Origin: Eledone cirrhosa
Taxonomy: Eukaryota
NCBI GenBank assembly: GCA_964016885.1
Contig: OZ024753.1
Span: 27,962,001 to 28,026,000, forward strand
Direction: 5' to 3'
DNA: 64,000 bases
Position 1 is the first letter of the stretch; each line of letters begins with the position of its first letter. This document shows, piece by piece, positions 12,738 through 26,671 of the stretch. A program made the translations under genes and the position numbers. A model generated the notes under the pieces. That model had not been told where the DNA came from. It was given only the letters and a program-made list of their open reading frames with translations, and searched no databases.

Positions 12738-14249
12738 CTATAGAGTACAGGACTGAAAGAACTGCAGTATTTAGTTACACACTTTAAGTTCTGTTCAAAT
12801 CCTGCAGAGGTCAACTTTTGGCACTGGATTGGCAGAATCATTAGAGCATTTGATGAAATGTTTTGTAGTATTTAATTACAACTTTCTACATTCTAAGTTC
12901 AAATTAATGTTGTCTTTCATCCCTCAAGGCTCAATAAAATAAAGTATTAGTTAAGTATAGGTAGCAAATTGTTAGAACATTGGATAGAATGCTTTATGGT
13001 ATTCATTCCAGCTCTCTGCTCTCTTAGTTCAAATCCAACTTTGTCTTTCATTCTTTCGAGGTCGATAAAAAATGTACCAGTATAGTACTGGGGCAATTCT
13101 TCCTCTATATCTCTTTCTCATTTCCTCTCTCTCTTTCACTTTCTATCTTTCTCTGGAAGAAATCTGCTGTACTCAGGCCTGGAGAGGGATGGGCTCCAAC
13201 AGGCTTAAAATGTCTAAGAAATGCTGTATGTCAATACAGCACCCCTACGACTCTATCAGGAGTTTCAGGACTATACATCAGTTCAGTACTAGGGCAGGAA
13301 TAATCAATTTCCTCTCCCTACAAAATGTATTATACATCAAAATGAAGCTGTATATCAGAGGATCACATTCCTACTTCTCAACATAGTCATATTATGGAAG
13401 CTGTTGTTATAGCTATTGCAGTTGTTGTTGTTGTGGATATGTTGTTTTGACTGTTGTTGTTGATGATGATGATATTATAGTTATTGTTCTTATAGCTGTT
13501 GTTGTTGTTGATGTTATAGCTATTTTTGTTGTTGTTGTTGATGATGATGATGATAATGTTATAGCTGTTGTTGATATTTTTCATTGAGATAATTCTACAA
13601 ACCACAACAACACATCAATCATATCCAGGCAGAAGCTACAAACAAAACGAAAGATGGACACAATTAATCTGTGAAGGAAATGTGTTAGGCCCCTGATTCG
13701 TTACCTTGGAATCACTAGACCATAATCTCCTTAGCAGCTTTCTTTGATTCTTTGAAGAATTAATCACCACCAGCACCAACAATCTACACACACCACACGA
13801 ATCTTCACAGAGACCAAATAACTGTCAAGAAATAAGGATTTAGTTCTTTTCTGTATTATTATCATCATCCTTTCATCTTCATTCTAACCATCATCATCAT
13901 CGTTTAACATGATTTTCCTTCCTAGCAAAGCTTAGACATGACATCACAAACTGTTCAGTATTCAAGCAGAGCCTCTGATCTCCAAGGAGGCCAGTGGCCT
14001 GACATTCAATCCCATGCTCTATTGAGCACATTTTATTGTGGCATCAACACTTGGGAAGTTGTTATGTTTACAGCATAGCTGTATTTTTATTTTTCCTTCA
14101 TATCTTGGAGGTAAGTGCATTAGCTCACTTAGGCAACAGAAACTATTAACTAATTCTATGGGACCTTCCTGGATTAGAAAGAGTACATTTCAGTGGTGCT
14201 TTTACTACAAATTATCTCTGTGCATCTGCCACATAAATAACCTACTTTT

Positions 14250-14670
14250 TTGTTAGCCTGTCTGCTATCCTACTACATCTCTTTCATATCAAAATTTTAC
14301 GTTGTGTACATCATACTGCATTCCTATCTACTTCTTCTCAGCATATTGAGCAAGGCCACTTCACTGACAGATTCAGAAACATGTCTTCTTTACTACTTAC
14401 TAAAACCTTGGTCTTTGCAAAGTTTACACTAAACCCTTTTGATTCTAAGTTCTGTTTTCACAAGAATTTCTTTTCTAGCTCTTCCACAGATTCGGTTATA
14501 AGAACCTGGTATTTATCATACAGCAGTTCCTAAGGACAACTGGCCTTAAACTCCTCTTTTATGGCTGGGAGAACTATAATAAACAGGAGGAGGCTGAGGT
14601 CAGAGTCTTGATGAACATCCACTTGTACATTGAATTCCTCAATAAACTCATTATCTCATATATACTACAT
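14250..14670 (-). pseudogene. Old degraded RTE LINE RT fragment
   Basis: Reverse complement gives EEFNVQVDVHQDSDLSLLLFIIVL..EEFKASCP*ELLY, homologous to the young RTE copies. Confidence 0.75.
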
Positions 14671-14744
14671 GTATATTTTAGAACTAAACTCTATCCTAAA
14701 ATGTGACTAACATAACGTCTAAAGTCTAAAGTTTGTCTTAACCA

Positions 14745-14997
14745 GAAGGCTTGTTAGGCTGGTGCTTATCCCGGTTTCATGGTGTGAAGTGACTGAGAGT
14801 ACAAGACACCCCCCTGGATAGGACACCAGTCCATCACAGGGTTAAACCGCCAGCTATTTCTGGTACTCATTTTCAGCTGAGTATACTGGAGCAACGTGAA
14901 ATGAAGTGTTTTGCTCAAGAACACAACAAGCAACCCAGCCCAGGAATCGAACCCATGACATTATGATCGTAAGTCCAACACCCTTACCTCTAGGCCA
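14745..14997 (-). mobile_element. tRNA-derived SINE (third family)
   Basis: Minus strand begins TGGCCTAGAGGTAAGG (A box) ... GGTTCGATTCC (B box); shares the TTGAGCAA..CACTT core with the 17431 family. Confidence 0.75.
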
Positions 14998-16231
14998 TAT
15001 ATATAATTATCTTTTATTCTTTCTCTGGTTTCAACCATTAGACAACAGCCATGCTGAGCATCACCTTAAAGAAGTTCCATCAATCGTATCGAACCCCAGT
15101 ACTTACTTTTTCAAATCTGGCACAAATTTTATCAATCTCTTTGTTGTAGGGTGGATTCTGTAGAGAAATTAGGAAATAGGATTTAAAATGGTGCACCAAG
15201 GCAACCCTAAACAATGGAAAACTAATACAAACCAACTGTTAGATAAAACCATTCTGTTAAATAAAAAAAAAACAGATGGGTGAGAATTAGACCAAACACA
15301 AACTTACAAATACTTAAAAAGCATTGAACTAATGGAAGTAAAGGTTAAGAAAAATATTTTTAGATGCATTAGATTAATTTTTAAAATCGAGGTAAATGTC
15401 AAAAGTAATGTATCAACATTCTTACTGTTCCAGTAATTAGTTATAGTTGTAATATTTTCAACTTTTGGTACTAAGTGAATTAGCAAGACTAGATAGAAAA
15501 GAAGGTAAACAATGACTGTTATAAGAATGCACCACACACAAGATACATAAGAAAATTATATTATATACAGAGAGGCGTGGATTTTATGCAAATAGAAAAT
15601 TATCATAAAATATTTATTATAAAACTCAAAAAATTTCCAGTAAAACACCAAGGGGAAAAAAACATAGAAAAACCCCAAAATACTTTTTGTTGTAAAATAA
15701 GACAGCAAATATTAAAGCAGGCTAAAATAAGAGACAGTTGAAAACAACAGAAAAAAAATGTTTTTAAAAATTAATTAAAGACTTAACCCTTTAGCATTTA
15801 AACCAGCCATATCCAGCCAGAATTTTCTCACCTTTTTCTGTTAAAACTGGCTGAAACCAGCCATTCATGCTGATGTTAAGGTACTGTTTTCAAAATAAAT
15901 AATATCAAAATCTCATAGATTCGATATTATGTGAGGCTTTACTGTCAAAATATAATAGTATATATAATATAGAGTAATATTAATTAAAGACTTAAATCAT
16001 CTATTGAAAACAGGCTTTTGTGTCTTCATGATGCAAAATGCTGTTTATAACAGCAGTGTTTCATTACACTAGAAGTTCCCAGTCTTCCTGATATAGAGAG
16101 CTGAATACATAAGGCCACGTGAGGAGTCCCACTGATCTACAATCACCCTGATATATATATATATATATATATACATATATACATATGAAAATATTATTGC
16201 ATTCACATAAACACACACAGATATATATATA

Positions 16232-16335
<104 letters not shown>

Positions 16336-16689
16336 GCGTGTGTGTGCATGTGTGTGTGATCATTATATGAGTGTGTGCATGTGTATTATATATGTGTGTT
16401 TAATTATTTCACTTATTGGACTGTGGCCATGCTGAAGTATTTTTCTAAGGAAGTCAATAAAATTGACTGCACCACGTGTAGGGTGTTACTTATTTTATGG
16501 ACCTGACAAAGATGTAAGGTAAAGTGTGTCTGGTTGGGAATTGAAGTTAGATGTTGAAAAACGAAACCAAATACTGCAAGGTATTTCGTTTGATGCTCTG
16601 CTGATTTTTTCATCTAAATATATAAATATACACACACACACGCTTATATATATGTATCTCAAATATAGGTAAACTCTTAGTTGTCCACA

Positions 16690-16741
<52 letters not shown>

Positions 16742-16777
16742 TACATATACACACACAAATATATGTGTGTGTAAATA

Positions 16778-16813
<36 letters not shown>

Positions 16814-17430
16814 CACACTCACATACATATATGTATGTATGCATGTTTACAGAAAATATGTTGTTGGCAACATATTTTTAGATGTGTATTTTTAGTTCAC
16901 ACATATCAGTTAGTTGGTAAATATTTGTGCTAAGAGATGCTAGCTGGTGTATGTTGTCTACTAACTCACCGAAAGTGATTAAGACAACCAGCATTCCTCA
17001 GTTCCTCAGTATCAGCCCAATATATGTTTGTGTGTCTAGAGCATCATATAATAACCACTTTACTCCATGTGTCTTCAAACAGACCCAGGAATCATACATA
17101 ACTGTGTTAATGACAAACACTTCTGCGCATGTGCACAGATCTATTTGTGAATAATATATGTTTAGTTGTAGTGAAGGATTGTGATTACTATTATTATTAT
17201 TATTATTGGCAGTATCGGTAGAGCGTCAGACACCATGCTTTGCAGCAAAGAATTACGGCCCTTTATGTTCGGAGTTCAAATCTCACCAAGGTTAGCTTTG
17301 CCTTTTATACTTATGGGGTTGATAAATAAAGTACCAGTCATACACTGGGGTCAATTTAATCAACTTTCCCCTCTCCCCAAATTGCTGGCCTTGTGCCTAT
17401 AGTAGAAGTCATTATTATTATTATTATTGT

Positions 17431-17775
17431 GGAGGCACATGGCTTAGTGGTTAGAGCATTGGCCTTGCAATCGAAAGGTTGTGAGTTCAATTCTCACACC
17501 GAGTGATGTGTTGTTTCCTTGAGCAAGACACTTTATTTCACATTGCTCCAGTTTACTCAGCTGTAGAAATGAGATGATAGGGACTGGGGTCCTTATCATT
17601 CCATTGCAAAGTGGTCGTGTAGGTGTCACGGCAAAAAAGCACCCAGCACTCACTGTAAATGAAGTTGGTGTTAGGAAGGGCATCCAGCTGTAGAAATCAA
17701 GCCAGCATCAGTTCCCGTCCCACCCTTGCAAGCAGGGAAAAAGCGGACGTAAAATGAAATGATGATGATGATGAT
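17431..17775 (+). mobile_element. tRNA-derived SINE family 2 with RTE-derived tail
   Basis: TGGCTTAGTGG (A box), GAGTTCAATTC (B box), tail CCCACCCTTGCAAGCAGGGAAAAAGCGGACGTAAA(TGA)n. Confidence 0.9.
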
Positions 17776-18443
17776 TGGCAATGGCTTGGCAGAATCATTA
17801 GCACAGCGAACAAAATGCTTTGTTCTCTTTGATCAAGTTCTTTATGTTCTGAGTTCAAATCCTGCTGAGGTCAACTTTGTCTTTCATCCTTCTGTGGTCA
17901 ATAAAATAAAGAACCAGTCAAGTATTGAAATCAATGGAATTGACTTTCCCTTCCTCTCAAATTGCTGACCTTGAGCCTAGATTGGAAATAAATTATTCTT
18001 ATTATTGGTATCTGGATACTGTTAAGCTATTACAGTTCTCTTCCAGCCATACAAGCAGCATGATCAGAGAGGTGTTATGTCTTCCATTCTATAAAGGCCA
18101 ACGTGAGCAGAAGTGGTGTATGTTCAAGATTAACACTATTCTTAGAGATACTCTGAGTCAGTAGTCTATATAGAGTTTCTGTGCCACCAACAGCTATTTT
18201 TGAATTCATTAAATCCTTAGACCAAAAGTTATGCAACCCCTCATCTGCACCCACTGAACCCCTACCTAATATATCACCTTGTTCACTGATCCTCACACAA
18301 TATATAAACCTGTCCTCTAATGTAGAAATCTCTTCACTGATCTTCCTCGCAATACATCAATCTGTTCATTGATCCTCCAATATTGATTGTTTCACTTCAT
18401 GATTTTAGAATAAAATTTCTATCAAATATTTATAAGAAAATAA

Positions 18444-18999
18444 TAATAATTGTTTCTACTTTTGGCACAAGGCCAGCAATTACCCAGTGTATTACTGGTA
18501 CTTTATTTTATCGACCCCGTAGACAAGAAAATAATAATAATAATAATGGTTTCTTATATAGGCACAAGGCCAGCAATTTTTGGAGAGAGGAAAGTCGATT
18601 GAATCAACCCCAGTGTGTAACTGGTACTTTATTTTACCGACACCGTAAGGATGAAAGGCAAAGTTAACCTCGGTTGGATTTGAACCCAGATCATAAAGGG
18701 TCGTAACTCTATGTTGCAAAGCATGGCGTCCAACCCTCTACTGATACTGCCAATCCACCAATAATAATAATAATGATGATTTCTAGTATAGACACAAGGC
18801 CAGTAATTTTGGGGGGAGGGGAAGTCGATTAAATTGACCTCTAGTGAATTACTAGTGCTTTATTTCATCGGCCCCGTAAGGATGAAAAGCAAAGCTAACC
18901 TTGGCGGGATTTGAACCCAGAACGTAAAGGGCCGTAACTCTATGCCTCGAAGCATGGAATCCAATGCTCTATTATTATTATTATTGCCGATCCACTGGC

Positions 19000-19000
<1 letters not shown>
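18444..19000 (-). mobile_element. Cluster of three family-1 SINEs nested in (AAT)n
   Basis: Repeated GGCACAAGGCCAG...CTTTATTT..CGACCCCGTAAGGATGAAAGGC units separated by AAT runs. Confidence 0.85.
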
Positions 19001-19035
<35 letters not shown>

Positions 19036-19448
19036 TGTTATTATTATTATTTCTTTTTTGGCCACAAGGGCCTACATACAGGGGACAATACAAATAATAA
19101 TAATAATAATAATAAAATTTGTAAAAATAAGTAAAACAAAATTAATAAACATCAACAAAGAATGGTGGAGCATCAGAAATGTCTTGAGGTATTTAGTTAC
19201 ATACCTGTACTTTCTGAGCAGCACTGATTAATGAAGGTGTCAATTATGGTATTTAGCAAGGGAAGATGATGCCACTATTAAAAAAAAAAACAGCAGCAAA
19301 ATATATGTATATGTATGCGTGCCTCAAGCTGGTTGCCAGAGAAACGATTGTAATATGTCTAATAAATTTTAATTCGTCACACCACTGATTCTCTGTTTCT
19401 TATGTGATATATATGTATATATATATGTGATATATATATATATATATA

Positions 19449-20654
19449 AAAAATAGGGCACCGGTCCCCTCCAGGAAATGGCCATGCTCAGTGTGTAGGA
19501 AAGGAGTAGGCAGAAACTCCAATTTATGTCCCAAATGCAAAGTATGGGTGCATAAAAGATGTAGTGGGATCAAAGGTAAGCTAACTAAGAACATAGATTT
19601 TACATGTGGCCGGTGCTCTGGTGCAATAAGTAGCAGCAAGTGCCCACAGAATACTAGCTCATTCCATTGCACAGATGGTTCTATAGAAATAGTGGACAGC
19701 TTCCGTTACCTGGGGGACAAAATCAGCAGTGGGGGAGGGTGCTCTGAAAGTACAGTAGCTAGAGTCAGAACTGGATGGAAAAAGTTCAGAGAGCTTATCC
19801 CACTATTAGCTGCTAAAGGGTTCTCTCTAAAAATGAAAGGCAGGCTGTATGATGCCTGCATACGAACAGCAATGTTACATGGCAGTGAGACCTGGGCATT
19901 GTGTGCAGAGGATATATGCAGACTGGAGAGGAACAAAGCTTGCATGCTCTGCTGGATGTGTAATAGTAATATACGTGAACGGCAAAGCATAAACAACTAA
20001 GGGAAAAATTAGGAATAAAAGGGATCAGATGTTGTTTACTCGAAAGAAGACTACGTTGGTACGGTCACGTGATGCACATGAAAGACGACAGCTGTATAAA
20101 AAAGTGTAGGGCAATAAAAATAGACGGTAGCCACGGAGTAGGCAGACCCAGAAAAACCTGGGACGACTTGATAAATTCCGACCTCACACACTTACACCTC
20201 TCCAAGACAATGTCACTGGACCGAGATCTTTGGCGCTATACAGTAATACAGAAGACCCACCTTACCTAAGTACAAAGTGAAACCTACTACAGTCAGTAGG
20301 CACCTCTAACAAAAATACACCCCCGTTCCGCTACCCCAACCCCATCCACACCACCCCTTTCAATGTAAAGTTATGTTAGTACCACAACATCCACTCCAAA
20401 ACAAATGAGGTCGTGTAGGTGTCACGACAAAAAAAAACGCACAGTCCACGCTGTAATGTGGCCGTGTAGGTAACATGGTAAAAACCTCTCAGTCCACACT
20501 GTAAACGTCGTTGGTGTTAGGAAGGGCATCCAGCCGTAGAAAACCTGCCAGACAAGACAACTACCTGCGAGCAAGACAACCACTCTTGCCTCAAGTGGGA
20601 AAACTCCCGTCCAAACCCATGCAAGCGTGGAAGATGGACGTTAAACGATGATGG

Positions 20655-20691
<37 letters not shown>
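19449..20691 (+). mobile_element. 5'-truncated RTE LINE, subfamily A
   Basis: Zn-finger and C-terminal RT region (FRYLG, LHGSETW, RLRWYGHV, GRPRKTW), premature stop at ~20000, 3'UTR and (GAT)n tail. Confidence 0.92.
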
Positions 20692-22728
20692 ATATATATA
20701 CACGTGTGTGTGTGTCTGCGAATATTTGTGTGTATATATATATATATATATATATGATAGCTACAGATGTGTGAGCATGTAATGGTGAGAGGTCTAATAC
20801 ACATATCAGCCCTCCTCATTCAGTGAGTTCTGTGATACTTGATAATACTGTAATATACATTACCATGGTGTGGTATGATGATGCATGGCCTAGTGGTTAG
20901 GTTTCACAATCATAAGGCCACAGGTCCAATTTCCATTCATCCTTTTGAGGTTGATAAAATAAAATACCCATCAAGTTTTCTATGAAGCCCTGATCATCAT
21001 CATCATCATTTCTGTTTAACGTCAATTTGTCCACGCTTGCATGGGTCATCCATGCCTGGAGGCAAGTCTGGCCAGGGTTGGCCAGGTGTTGCACCTTGCT
21101 TCAGCGAGGACTGTAAATTTGGCTGGATATTTTACAGCTGGATGCCCTTCCTAACATCAACTACATTTACAGTGTGTAATTGGATGGCTCCATTATGAGA
21201 AGGGAGAGACCAAGGTGTTCAAAATTGTGGATCAAGTGCCGTTTTATGATGAAACACTGGAATTCTAATAGTTTATCTTCACAGTCCTCAGGAAATCTCT
21301 ATCAAATTGTGGGTGAGTCTGTGTATGTAAATTTGGTATCTGCATAGAAAGCCGTAAGTCAAGCTTTCAGAGGATTTGAAGTTGATGATATATAGATATC
21401 TGACTACTAGCTTTGCTTTGAGTTGTAGTTCTGTTGTTGATACAGCAATTTCCTGCTGTCTAACTTGTGTTATCCAACAAGATTCTGTTCAAGTTCAGAG
21501 AATTTAGCTGACTCCCCACATTCTGCTTCATTTTGTTTTGAATAACTTCTGCCAATGGTCTTTTAGTTTACACCAGTCACTACCTAAACTCTCTGCCAGT
21601 GGCATGGTTGCCATGTGCCTCTGTATAGGCAATGATATCTAGATTTTCTTTTGCAGTGTATGAGTTTCTAACTCTATCCATGGTCACTTTGTGAATGACT
21701 GGCTAGGATTTGCTATTTATAATACTGTAAATTTAAGTGAACTGTGTTCAATTATTTATCATAATACACCACTAAATTTCCTCGTTTGTCTAATTATTAT
21801 ACTTTATCACCTTTAATTACCAAAAGGATCATTATACACTGATCCATTAGGTTTACATGTCATAGCTATCAAAAATTTAATTAACTGATTAATTATGTTT
21901 TTATTGGAAAATAACACATTGTACATACATATCTATAGGCGGAGAATTGGCAGTCATTAGAACATCAGATAGAATGGTTTATGGTATTCATTCCGGCTCT
22001 CTGCTCTCAGAGTTCAAATCCTGCCAGGGTCAACTTTGCCTTTCATCTTTTCAAGGTCGATAAAAGGGTACCAGTCTAGTACTGGGGTCTATTCTGCCTC
22101 TATATCTCTTTCTCATTTCCTCTCTCTCACTTTTTATCTTTCTATAAATCTGCTGTACTCAAGTCTGGAGAGAGATGGGCTCTGCCAGGCTTAAAATGCC
22201 CAAGAAACACTGTATGTCAATACAGCACCCCTATGACTTTATCAGGAGTTATGGGACCATGCATGCATATATATCTGCATTCACCAATGTTCTCTAGCTT
22301 GAACATCCAGTGCAAGATTTTCCTGGTTTCTTCTGCTCATTATACATGAAACTCTGTTTTTCCAGACCTTTTTCAGGTAAAAAAAAAGGTGTGTGCATTA
22401 TACACAGAAGAATAAGGTAGCTCACTTTGCCTATTACACCTCTGGAATCAATAAAATATAGCACCAGTCAGACCTCCCAACCTCTAAAAACCTAAATGGG
22501 GAGTACCATGAAAAAAATGGCCCCAGAATGGGGAGAAATGAGGAGATTTTACATAATTAAAGCTATACCCATTTTTACAAGAGAAGACATCTCTCACCCG
22601 CCCCAAAGTGGGTGAGGGATCTCCCCATCGGATGGGGAGAGTTGACAGGTCTGCAGTTTCTGAGGTCAATTTAATCTATTATTCTCTTAACTTGGCAAAT
22701 GTGTGCGTCACTGTGTCTATAATAAAAT

Positions 22729-23044
22729 AATTGTTTCTACATTTGGCACAAGACCAGCAATTTGAAGGAAAGGGAAAAGTCGAGCAAATTGACTGCAGTA
22801 TGCAATTGGTACTTTATTTTATCAACCCTGTAAAGTTGAAAGGCAAAGCTAACCTTGGCGGGATTTGAACTCAGACCGTAAAGGCTTGTAACTCTTTGTT
22901 TCAAAGCATGGTGTCCGTTTCTGATTTAGGCACAAAGCTAACAACTTTGAGGGAGGGGAAAGTGGATTAAATCGACCCCAGTGCATTACTGGTACTTTAT
23001 TTTATCGACCCCGTAAGGATGAAAGGCAAAGATAACCTCAGCGG
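22729..23044 (-). mobile_element. Two family-1 SINEs in tandem
   Basis: Same consensus as above. Confidence 0.8.
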
Positions 23045-23160
23045 CCAGGCCTCAAATGCTTGAGAATGCCACATTTTGGTAGACTGCTTCAGCAGGCGGG
23101 CTAGACGAAGTGTCAAAGAAAAAAAAATGATGTGAAATTAATTGAAATGAAGTTTTAGTT

Positions 23161-23280
23161 CAAGGGAAATAACTCCCAGCGCCGCTAAGCGAAGGAAGAC
23201 GAGTTATCCATTATCACTAGCAACGGAGATTGTTTAGCAGCTATCCCAGCATGCAACTTGACGACCAACGAACAAGTAAC
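23161..23280 (+). promoter_or_regulatory. Candidate IFT74 promoter / non-coding first exon
   Basis: Locally CpG-containing non-repeat patch with an RFX-like half site TAGCAAC (23218-23224), a ZNF143/Staf-like ATCCCAGCATGCA (23243-23255) and a possible donor aa|gtaac at 23276. Confidence 0.3.
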
Positions 23281-23552
23281 ACACCTCAACTTTGAGTTAT
23301 TATATTTACACTTTAATATCCTTACGTAAAGTCTACAAAGTTCAACAAGCTGCAGCTATGTATGTCTGTTTTATATTTACTATTTAATAATGTTTGTTTG
23401 TCCTTTTTACAGTGTTTGAGATAAATTCTTTGTCTTACAGTTGTTAGGCTTACGAAAGTTTGACAATTTAAGTACGATAACAAACTTGTTTGTATAATGT
23501 ATATGTCGATATCTAACAACCAGAGTTGATACTATTTAGAATATGTATATAC

Positions 23553-23601
<49 letters not shown>

Positions 23602-24424
23602 ATAATAATTACGAAGACCAAATTCCGAAGAGGGCTCGATAAGGATATATATACACAGTTGTATAAAAAATATAATAATATAATTCTACACAACGAAAAC
23701 ACAAACGTATATAATATATACAAAGCAGGTAATACATACAACTAGGACCACATACAACAAAAGGGAGGCGAAAGAGGTGGGCAAACGGATAGATATATAA
23801 CGTAATGTTTACATTATTTAATTGTGGTTTACTTTGCCTTTCATCCTTCGGGGTTGATAAAATAAAGTACCAGTAATGTACTGGATATTTGCTGGCCTTG
23901 TGCCAAAAGTAGAAACAATTATTTAATTGTGGTTTCTTTCTGGTAGACTTCAGAAAAACAATTATTAGAGAGGTTTCCCAGTGCTCCTCCCGATATTGTT
24001 ATCTTTTGCTCTGGCAGTGGTTGGTCTGTCCACCCCTTTCGCCTGCCTTTAGTTGTACGTGGTCATAGATGTGTGTATTACCTGCTTGTATGTTGTTGGG
24101 TTTTTTCCCCTTTCCCTTTTCTTTCTTCTCTTTTTATATTATGATGACGGTTATGCTGATAAATAAAATATTTTTACTTCTTTATACATATTTGTAGTTC
24201 TTTATACACACACACACAGATATATATATATATATATATATAAGGTTTCACATTAAGGTCTTTATTGATTATACACACTTACGACTGTTTCACAGATGGG
24301 TGGCTCAGGTTCTATACTAATGCTATAGACCCGACTCCAGCCCGATCTTGTAATCAACCAAAGCTAAAATCTCATCTCATATATATGGATTGGCTGGATC
24401 TTTCATTTTTGCTGTTCGAAGGTT

Positions 24425-24470
<46 letters not shown>

Positions 24471-24757
24471 TGTATATACATATATATATGTATGTATGTG
24501 TGTATGTATGTATGTATATACATATATATATGTATGTATGTGTGTATGTATGTATGTATATACATATATATATGTGTGTATGTGTGTATGTATGTATGTA
24601 TATACATATATATATGTGTGTATGTATGTATGTATATACATATATATATGTATGTATGTGTGTATGTATGTATGTATATACATATATATATGTATGTATG
24701 TATGTATGTCTGTCTTATGTATGTATGTATGTATGTATGTATGTATGTATGTATGTA

Positions 24758-25215
24758 TTCTTTCAATTTTGAGTATATTTTTTTGACCGGCCACCTTACT
24801 GGTGGCAAGGTTGTAAAAGAAAAGAAATTGTCATCCCTTGAATCGCAAGAATGTTTTGCAAATTTTGAAGGTGCCAGCTATCGCAGGCATTTGTAGACTA
24901 TGAATTAGGGAGCTGCGCTTTTTGTCCGCAAATCCAAGTTCAGTCATACTTTGGTCCAAGCGGGTTGGTATATAACCCGTAGCTCCAATAATGATGGGTA
25001 TGAAGCTAAAGGTGTATCTTGGATACTGGATTTGTAAACTCCTCATCAATGGTCCATAGATGTCCTCCTTCTCCTGTATCTTTCTGACAACGTTTACATC
25101 AAGTGGGCAGCTGATCTCCACAACAGAACACGTTTTCAATGTGTGGTCCCAAACAACAATATCAGGCCGGTTGAGCTTTAATTTGGTGGCAGTTTTTATT
25201 TTCAGGTTCCACCAA
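24758..25215 (-). mobile_element. 3' fragment of an R4/Dong-like (RLE) non-LTR retrotransposon
   Basis: Peptide ...WNLKIKTATKLKLNRPDIVVWDHTLKTCSVVEISCP...PIIIGATG is a restriction-like endonuclease C-terminus; (TATG)n on both sides. Confidence 0.8.
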
Positions 25216-25229
25216 TATGTATGTATGTA

Positions 25230-25270
<41 letters not shown>

Positions 25271-26589
25271 GAGAGAGAGAGAGAGATCTACTCTTCCCTG
25301 TTGGCTTGGGTTAGACTGGTCGTCACAATCCCGGTCAGTTCATATTTAGACTTTCTAAATGGAGGACAATGTCTCGTTCGTACGTCCCATTGTCTTCCCA
25401 ACTTTCATGCTCTTAATTCATACTGTTGTCAACTTTTATGGCTGGGACCTCAGTAACGACTGCATGGGTAGGCCCTCACTGTCCCGTTTATTTTACACAT
25501 ACAGCAGCCGCTCATAGTAAGTCTTCCATGATGATAATTTGTTAATTTTCTTAAGTTTATTTACTAATGTGGCGATCAAGTATTCTTCCCCCCCCCCCAT
25601 TTATTGTAATGGCTTACATTTTTTAACACGATATCTTACTTTTATCCTTTCTTTCTTTCTTTCTTTCTTTCACTCATCTTTCACCTTCTCTAAGAGGCAC
25701 CAGACATTTTCCCTAACGTCACACAAAATTCTATATTTTTTTTGTAGCTTAACGGTTATAAATTAATGTTTTGTCTTTCCTCTTTTACTCCTGTGAACAG
25801 CGTTTGGCTTATGTCAGATGTTGTGGCCGTTGGTAGGGGTCGAAACTGCCTGTGTCCTTCGTTTGTATTTTTTTTTTTATCATTTTTTACGGTTTCCCCT
25901 TAAATTTTTTTTTTCGTTTTGTTTTGTTTCCGTTCATTGTCTTGTCCTTTCTTTGTTAATTCCCTTAAGTTTATGGTTTATCTGGCTCTTTCTGTAATCT
26001 CCTCAATGACATGTGTTCGTCTTTTCTGTTTCTCCTCTTCTTTTTGGTCTTAATCTATTTACTCCATCTTGGAGTAAACGGATTAGGACCAAAAAGAAGG
26101 GGAACACACTGAAAAGGGCATCCACCTGTAAAAAGCTTGCAAACAAAGGGTTGGAAAGACCCTTCAGCCATGTCAAGGACATGACAGCGTCCCTAGTGCT
26201 GGTGATCTACATGATAAACGTACCTATTACATGCTGTAAAGTGGTTGATAATACGAAGGGCATCCAGCTGTAGAAATCTTGCCAAACAAAGGGTCGGAAG
26301 GTCTCTTCAGTTGTGTCAAAGATATGAGAACTTCCTTTGTGCACTTGATAGAATGCGTGACTGTATGTAAGCAAGATGCAGCTCCCTCTCTCCCCCGGCC
26401 TGTCTGGGGCGTCAGTAATCCCACTTCAGTACTGACTTTGTCTATTTTGACTTGTTCAACATAATCTAAATGAGTTTTTCTTGTACCCATATGGATCAGA
26501 CACCAGGGTGTCACAAGTAGTATTCCTAATAGCAATAACTGATGCACATCATCTTCCTTCTTCAACAGTACCAAAACAAATTGAAAGGG

Positions 26590-26624
26590 ATGAATGTATT
26601 TCATAGAACCAGCAGCAGACACAG
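26590..26624 (+). CDS. IFT74: Probable first coding exon of IFT74 (MNVFHRTSSRH+ag); the exon would begin at 26569 with 5'UTR
   Basis: Pyrimidine tract plus acceptor (atcttccttcttcaacag, ends 26568), ATG at 26590, donor ag|gtgtgt at 26625. The phase-2 end fits the next exon but requires a 47-nt intron. Confidence 0.5.
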
Positions 26625-26671
26625 GTGTGTTGGTATCATAAGGGTTAAATCATATTTGTTTGTTATTACAG

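Noticed and set aside
12401-12787. His/Thr/Pro-rich ORFs (also 29141-29610 and 37700-38131)
   Set aside because: Trinucleotide-repeat translations without splice or homology support
17431-17505. tRNA-like A/B boxes
   Set aside because: SINE heads without a complete cloverleaf; not tRNA genes
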